From positions 19,654,001 to 19,718,000 of the forward strand of contig CM120646.1 of NCBI GenBank assembly GCA_051362555.1: 64,000 nucleotides of DNA, in the 5' to 3' direction. Below, in pieces: positions 45,314 to 64,000 of the stretch. The notes under the pieces are model-generated. The model made no database searches. It saw only the letters and a program-made list of their open reading frames with translations, and was not told the origin of the DNA. How positions within the stretch are numbered: the first letter of the stretch is position 1; each line of letters starts with the position of its first letter. The position numbers and the translations under genes were made by a program. Source of the stretch: Lingula anatina (Eukaryota; Animalia; Brachiopoda).

Positions 45314-47453
45314 ACTGGCCAACATTATATACGTACGGTAGCAGTGCCCAACTGTCTTGCCGCCCTGCTGAAAGCGCGCATCAATGCACTCCATAAACGT
45401 ATCCTTGTCTACGGCGCACGAGGGCGCAATCCCCTTGCAGTCTTCTGAACATGTCAATTGGCTACATTGGAACGGCCTGTGCACAGGTGATACGTCACTC
45501 AGTGTGTACACACGATTCTGGACTGTGGTACAGGACACAGTGCACAGCGCCTGAGAGAGGCAAATGTATTTATATTATTTCTATAATATCAGCGGTAGAT
45601 ATGCCTTCTCGTTAAACCGAATTCGTAAAATATTCCAGAAATCGTGTTTGATAAAGTGTTCTTTTTTCACTATCAAGCTAATTTCTGCACGATTTTTTTC
45701 TTTTTAAAATAGTATTCACTATAAAAACTGTGTACGTTTTATTGTTTTAAAGCAACATATAAAATCCCCGGTGTTACAATATCCTTTGCATCGTTTTTAT
45801 CTATTTAGAGTCAATATCACTGAGAAATTTGATAATTTTTCATACTTGGTGAAATTCACCATTTTAATGGAATCCACATTCCCGTTTTTCACTTACCAGT
45901 GAAATAAACAAGTAGCAAGATTTCATCGTGCAGTGCTGCTTACTTTCACCGTCGAAGCTTTCATGTAACAATTTTCAAACTAAAGCAAATCCAGAATGAC
46001 ACTTTTAAATATATAATCAGGTGCCTCAAAATGTAATTAACAAGGAAATTGAACGAGTTATTGTGGTATCCAAATGGACTTTTAATTTGAAAATCTATTA
46101 TAATAGATTGTATTCGTTGTCGTGATCCATTTTGTCGTTTGAAATGAAGCTATTTGCATGTCAGGTAAAGTTTACAATTCCGATAGAAAGTCCCTTGCTT
46201 TCTACAAGCGGTTATTTTTCTGTTCGACCTGTGCAGTGTTATTATACGAGTCATTGTCCGTCCTGGTGCAACCCAGCCTTCTATCGACTTCTCTCATTAC
46301 AAACAATTTTTGCCGATTACATATTTCAAATGATTATGTGGTTGATTTATGACAGGATCCTTGGATAGCCGAGGCCAGAACAGTTCTCTGAGATGAATCT
46401 AGGAAGAAATAAATTTTAAATGAAAAAAAAAAGCAAGACTGACAAAAAAAAAAAAGAAAAAAAAATTAGAGCAACAACCATGTGAAAGCAAACAAGCTTG
46501 AAAAAAAAGAGGTAAAAACAGATAAGCAAGACTGGCAAATGATTCAGAACAACAAACAAAAAAAATCAAATGTGAAAAAAAAGACAAATAGGCAAACCAA
46601 CATATTACGGGTAGGTCTATTAATTTGTTTGGAAATGCGTAATGTGCAGTGGGGTAAACTTTAAGCTAAATAATTGACGTTGACATGTAACAATGAACTT
46701 CTTACCCCGTCATATTTCCAATCTTCACTCTTAATCATTATTTGTGCAGTAATTTTCGACAAACCAAGTTCATTTTGACTTCACAATTAACTGATTTGAA
46801 ATCAACTGTCTGTCATCGACAAATTTATGTGTTCCAGTTAAAACCAGCTTAACAGTAGAAAATTGTCTCTATAGCTGTTCATCATAACTAGTATATGACA
46901 ACCTAGCTTTTGCAACTAGAATCACCTTTCCCCTCGTCACCATATAACTTGTACACATTTTACCCAGTCTCAAAATGTAAGTGATAGTTGTAGTTGTAGT
47001 TGGCAAATGCACTTCGATTTACATTTTGATGGTGTTCATGCATTAAATTTTCAAGGTTATTTAACACAGACTTTGTTGAAGTTCCACTTATGGAGGTCCA
47101 AAGACACCTAGAGTAAAGGCTACACGTATCAAAGCGCTAAAACAATGAAATCTTTTCCAGTTCTATAAAAAGTATTCAAACTTTCGAAATAATAAGGATA
47201 TGACCAAATTACCTTCTGCCAATAAAGTCGACTTTTTAAAAAGAAAATGAAGAGTAAGAATGTGTTTATTTAACTCTTAAGTAATAAATAAGGCTTGGTA
47301 AACAAGAATTCAACATTAAATTATCAATGAATGGCATATATAATTTGCACTAAAACTAGATCCCCCACACTTCCGTTACACAAATTATACCAGAAAGAAC
47401 AGTGCACAAAACATACAATAATGTATCTTTAAATTTAATAATCACGATATTAA

Positions 47454-48403
47454 TCATGTTTGATAAGTATAGAAAGTACCATTTCTCAGCAATCTTTCCA
47501 TTCTTTCTTTATGTACTTCAAACAATCTGTGGTTACTCTGAAAGTAATACGGATTCTCAGCTTCACTCAGCTCTGGTTCATAGCTTTCTAAATCCATCAT
47601 GACTTCATCAATATTTTCAGGAACACCATAATTTGGCATCTTGAGAGACTGGCTTTGACTGACAATACTATTATGCTGAGAAGAATGACCAGATCCTGCA
47701 CCGTGAATAGCCTCGAACCCATTCTCCACTCTATTTCTACCAGCACAGTTCACATGTTGAGTATTGTTATTATCACTGAGGATGTTAAGGTGAAGGTCAC
47801 CTAAGTCACCTATGACCTCTGACCTTTCACCATTATAAAAGGCCACAGAGGCCGTAGACGGGCATTCTAATCCTTGCTTGTGGGGTATCCTTGAAGTAGC
47901 AGCATGTGTTTTACATAGATGCGAAACCTCTTCCCTGATAAAATGGCCTCTGTTGCCACAGTAACACATTTTTGGTTTTGTGGAATTAGAACTTTCTTTG
48001 ACTTCCTCGTCAGAGCTGACATCTCCCTGTTTAATATGTAGTCTGTTAATTCTCTTGGAGATGGGAAGACAGTCCTCACAATAGTCATCATTGCTCCTGA
48101 GCCTCTTTGTTCCTCTGTAATAAAAGAAAAAAATATTATATTTAGATAGCTCCACTAACAATTTCATGTTGAGCAGCAGGGTGAAGATAAAGTATATAAT
48201 ATTTAGACAGTTAAAAAGACAGCAATTATCTTAGAAATCCTCATGCGATGCCTAAATATTAATCACTATCTGAAAATGTTTCATTCTTGTTGTAATGTCA
48301 AGTTGTAAGGAATTTACCTGGAAGACTGCATGCTAAGTTCTGGGAGTTTTCCAGACATGTTTTCAACATTCAACAAACTGTGCTCAACAATTTCATCATG
48401 CAT
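47454..48403 (-). CDS. FAM104/VCF-like nuclear p97/VCP cofactor candidate (248 aa)
   Basis: Coding exons 48403-48318 and 48114-47454 (phase 2), with a 5' UTR exon ending at the donor at 49035. It has a basic NLS-like TKRLR, a low-complexity middle, and a C-terminal YYFQSNHRLFEVH matching the YFxxNxxLxExH helix of FAM104A/B as I recall it. The gene structure is more certain than the family call. Confidence 0.6.
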
Positions 48404-49034
48404 GCTGCATCGTGCTACAGATGTATTATTGGTGATGCATGGAATCCCAACACAAATTTCACTGGAAAAATAAATAACAAATGATCAAATATAATCACAG
48501 CAACACAAGCATTTAAAGAATGATTGGAAAGCATCTAGATGCACCAGTAGAATTATTTTTCTTTTACTCTCTGAGGATTATTTTCTTGGATGTAGTTTTT
48601 CCCTGATATTCCATTTATATACTTCTCCCCAGAGAACTCCCAATTACATTTGATCACCAGCATGCTCTGTAAATAATAAAAACCGTTATTAAAAATGTTA
48701 GAGCAGAGAGATAATATCGGGCCACTATTTATAAATTCTTTGACCATAAAACATTACCCAACATTACAGTGAATAGGTTTGCTACTAAATGGTTGATTAT
48801 TTGGCCAAATAACCCACCAGCGTTTAACCTAAATCCACTATCCGAGAACTCATCATTGCAAAGAAATATTCTGTGTTGGTCCTTCCTTACCAGCCCAGTA
48901 AAACTTTCACATAACGATTGACACAGCTGGTGCTGCGTCTCACATCAGCTACCTTGGACTCGTGCAAAATTTGCAAGTCATTTTCACCGAATAAAAACCC
49001 TATCTAAGTTGAATATATATTGTTTAATACTCAC

Positions 49035-49326
49035 CATTATGTATCGACTCAGAAGCAAAGCTTCATATTATTCTTTGTGGAAGATTAGACTGAAAACTGG
49101 AGAAAAAATATCGTAACTTGACACAACATACTCACATAATCTACACAAAAGGAAACAAATGCACATCGATATTTATTCTTCGCCAACACATTCAACACAG
49201 TGGGTTGTAGCGTGTTGCCTGGTGTAGACTGTAGTCCTGTCCGTTTTGCTGGCGTTTGACTTGATTGCTCGGTTTGAGAAATCAACACCAAGTACACCTG
49301 AGCACGCAAATAGACTTTGTTAGATC

Positions 49327-49327
<1 letters not shown>
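49035..49327. promoter_or_regulatory. bidirectional promoter region between the FAM104-like gene and AGPS
   Basis: The first-exon donor of the minus-strand gene (49035) and the AGPS ATG (49327) are less than 300 bp apart and divergent. Confidence 0.6.
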
Positions 49328-61059
<11,732 letters not shown>

Positions 61060-62078
61060 GAGGCAGCACTAGTCAATATTTTCAATCAGATTAATGATTG
61101 TTCCAATTATTTCATTCATAGACATTATTTAGATGAAATTTTAACTCAGTTTATACTTAATTATGCCAAAGTTTACAAAAGTCCAATCCATTTATGTTTT
61201 TTTTTCTTTTAATTTGCTTGAACTGTTACATGCAGTGGAAGTTTATTTCCATATAGTATACCATTATCTTTAAAGATATTCCTACAATTTGGACTTACCT
61301 TCATCTTTTAAAATGTAATACTGCATAAAAGTTTTCATCTATTATTTTGGATAATGAATATCTTTAAAGATAATTCAGTTATAAAATTGCAGTTATTAAT
61401 TACTATATCAGCAATTTATGTATAGTTAATTGTATCAATTTTGGTAAAAAATGGAATTATTTTAGGCAGTGAAAGTACATATGCATGGAATTTTTACTTC
61501 GAATCCCTTTGAATTATTTCCTCATTATAAATATATAATTTTCAAGTGTTCCTTCCACAACACAGCAAGAAATGAAATTATTAATAATTTGTGGGAAATT
61601 TATTTTTTGAATGACAGTTTTTTATGAAAAATCTAGCATGAATTTGTTGAATCCTCTTCAATAGTGTATGGTAAAGGAAGTGATTGCTGAATTGTAATGC
61701 ATTCTGCAAGTTAGGCACGAGTCAGAATATAGCTTATAGCGGCGCACAAGCCAAGGTACGCCGACTTCCAAATACGTGTCTTTAACATATGTTGATTCAG
61801 TCATGAACTGAAAATTTGTAAATCTTAATCATTACTGCTAGGTATCACTTTGATAGGTCCAGATATGAAAGATATATGAGGAATAAAAATGATCAATATA
61901 ATATCAGTGTTTTTCAATTTATTTTAATTCCAACCGCGATGTACGAGTGAGACACGTGCTATCTTTTGGATATGGCATGTAGCCTGACAGGTTGTATATA
62001 CGTTGTGTAAGACAAAGAGAAACCAGGTTTGCCCCACATAATCACTGACTGTTACATTAACGTCACCTAAGTTAAGCC

Positions 62079-62270
62079 TACCCTCTACCAGGGTGAGTGA
62101 TAGATCTTTTTAACAGATATTCACAGATATGTCTCTAGCTAGATAGATGGTCATTTTCAGAGCAAACAGCACGTAGAAACTGAGTTTAGCTGAAAATGAC
62201 CATCTATCTAGCTAATGACATATCTGTGAATATCTGTTAAAAAATCTATCACTCACCCTGCTAGAGGGTA
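62079..62270. repeat. ~82-bp-arm near-perfect inverted repeat (foldback)
   Basis: 62079-62160 is the reverse complement of 62190-62270 apart from a few mismatches or indels; the spacer is 29 nt. Confidence 0.92.
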
Positions 62271-62377
62271 AGTTGCTAGGACGTAGCTAGATCGCAGGGA
62301 AGGAATCGGGAAGGAGTTCGTGCGTGAGGAGCACGTCCATCGTGCGACTTTTGAAGGACGCAAACAGCACGTAGAAA

Positions 62378-62698
62378 CTTTTCGACATGATCAACAGCCG
62401 CTACGTGCGATCTTGCTACGTCCTAGCCGGACGCAAGGAACCAAAAAACCGTGCGTCCAAAACGTAGTTGGGACCTAGGCTTAACTTTTCGACATGATCA
62501 ACAGCCGCTTCGTGCGATCTAGCTACGTCCCAGCCGGACGCAAGGAACCTAAAAACCGTGCGTCCAAAACGTAGTTGGGACCTAGGCTTAACTTTTCGAC
62601 ATGATCAACAGCCGCTTCGTGCGATCTAGCTACGTCCCAGCCGGACGCAAGGAACCTAAAAACCGTGCGTCCAAAACGTAGTTGGGACCTAGGCTTAA
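62378..62698 (+). repeat. three ~107-bp CpG-rich tandem repeats
   Basis: cttttcgacatgatcaacagccg...cgtagttgggacctaggcttaa occurs three times. Confidence 0.9.
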
Positions 62699-63373
62699 GG
62701 AGGCACCCACCCACCCACTTCGTGCGACACGGATTCGGGTAAATAAAATCAAGGAGCGAACGTCTGGTAAAACCGTGAAAGGGAATAAAGTCCCTGAATA
62801 TACCCCCTACCAGGGAGACAGCTTGGTTTTTCACTAGATATTCATAGATATGTCTCTAGCGTGCAGTTTTCTGTACCGTCACAGTAGAGAATTATACGAT
62901 GGATAAGCCAGAATCATCTGTGGCCCTGGTACTTGTTGAGGGTAGCCTAAGTGCATGGCGGTGTCTCTCAAAAATCTACTGATACAGCCATCATGTAACT
63001 CTCGATGTAGTGAATACCCTTTTCAGTGCGCTTTCTGTTCCCACAAACTGAGAAAACGAGCTGTTTCCCTGACCTGTCTTGCCCTTATTTTAAATAAGAA
63101 GAGAAAAAGAAAATAGTTGAAGCCTTTTAAACTTTTTTTATCGGTATATCTTTTGTTATGGTAACAAAATAATATGAATTGATTTTCATTGAAAAGCTTA
63201 TTGTGGTGCATTCGACGCACTCTTTTTTAAGAATCAATAGGTCCTTTCTATAAAGTGTGTTTGGCAGGCTTAAATGGCTCGCTTTGAATTATGACAGAAC
63301 TACAACCTGCTGGATAACTTCCGCCCTTGCTCTCAAAACTTGGCGAATAATTATATACATCTCCGGCCTCAAG

Positions 63374-64000
63374 ATGGGAAATGAGGATATGGAAGTGCTT
63401 GTTTCCAAACCTGTTCCAAAGCAGCGGGCACTGACCAAAAAGCTGGTAAATTTGAATGTTTCAGAAGATTGTTAGACGATCAGTAAGATTTTATATACAT
63501 AAAAGCGTATTAGAAATTAACAGATTAATGCTCTTGATCATGGACCCATCTACTGGATCGTAGTTTTGATAATAAAATAAGCATCTTTATCATTGAATAA
63601 AAATGAATTAAAAACTAAGTTTTTTTTTTCGTAGGCTATGTATACAAGAGCTTTAGCGGATATAGATTGCGGGGATATTGACGGAAGCAAATCGAAGAAA
63701 CTGCCCGATGGAGATTTGATCAAGGTGAAGATAGAAAGAAAGGCCTGCAATCCAAAACAGATAGGGTTCAGGCTCAAACTCGGTCCTGACGTCGATTGGA
63801 GGAAAGAGCTCAAGCTTGTTGAAGACACCATGCAGAAACCCGACATACAGCTTTGCCGTTGTCAGGACGACCGGAGAGAACACGTGGTCTATGTGATGGC
63901 AGATCTGCTCGAGACTCACCAGTTAGTCCTTTGTAAGGCTAAGACCTTCGGTGTGATGAAACCGATTTACCTGGTTCAAGACGCCCCTGTAATAATAAAA
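63374..64000 (+). CDS. 5' part of an unidentified protein-coding gene (runs off the window)
   Basis: Exon 63374-63445 (aagATGG; MGNEDMEVLVSKPVPKQRALTKKL, phase-0 donor) joins an exon from 63635 (tttttttcgtag acceptor) that stays open for 122 codons. An ETS-like ACTTCCG lies at about 63317. Confidence 0.7.

Noticed and set aside
44865-45538. Overlapping ORFs of 82-108 aa
   Set aside because: They derive mostly from the G/C-rich ends of the 470-bp transposon and show no protein-like features or splice support.

Overview
This is AT-rich, intron-rich animal genomic DNA with GT-AG introns, microsatellites and MITEs. The repeat types look like those of a mollusc or other lophotrochozoan, which is an inference. 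By assembling exons by hand with phase checks I found six genes: (1) a 5'-truncated RGS-like/C1/DH/PH RhoGEF of the RhoGEF2/ARHGEF11/12 type (+, 1854-35292); (2) mitoribosomal mL41/MRPL41 (-, 38003-41837); (3) an unrecognised 122-aa gene preceded by a spliced 59-codon uORF (-, 43133-44500); (4) a FAM104/VCF-like p97-cofactor candidate (-, 47454-48403) head-to-head with gene 5; (5) a complete 19-exon alkyl-DHAP synthase, AGPS, ending in -SKL (+, 49327-61059); and (6) the start of an unknown gene (+, 63374 to the window end). Mobile DNA includes 5-bp-TSD MITEs, Harbinger-like MITEs, a Helentron/HINE carrying a ~146-bp satellite and a foldback palindrome. The most notable items are the bicistronic uORF plus orphan ORF transcript, an 11-copy array of an AGPS exon end with its splice donor, and a candidate non-catalytic RhoGEF C-terminal isoform. 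Homology calls come from motif recognition only; no searches were run.
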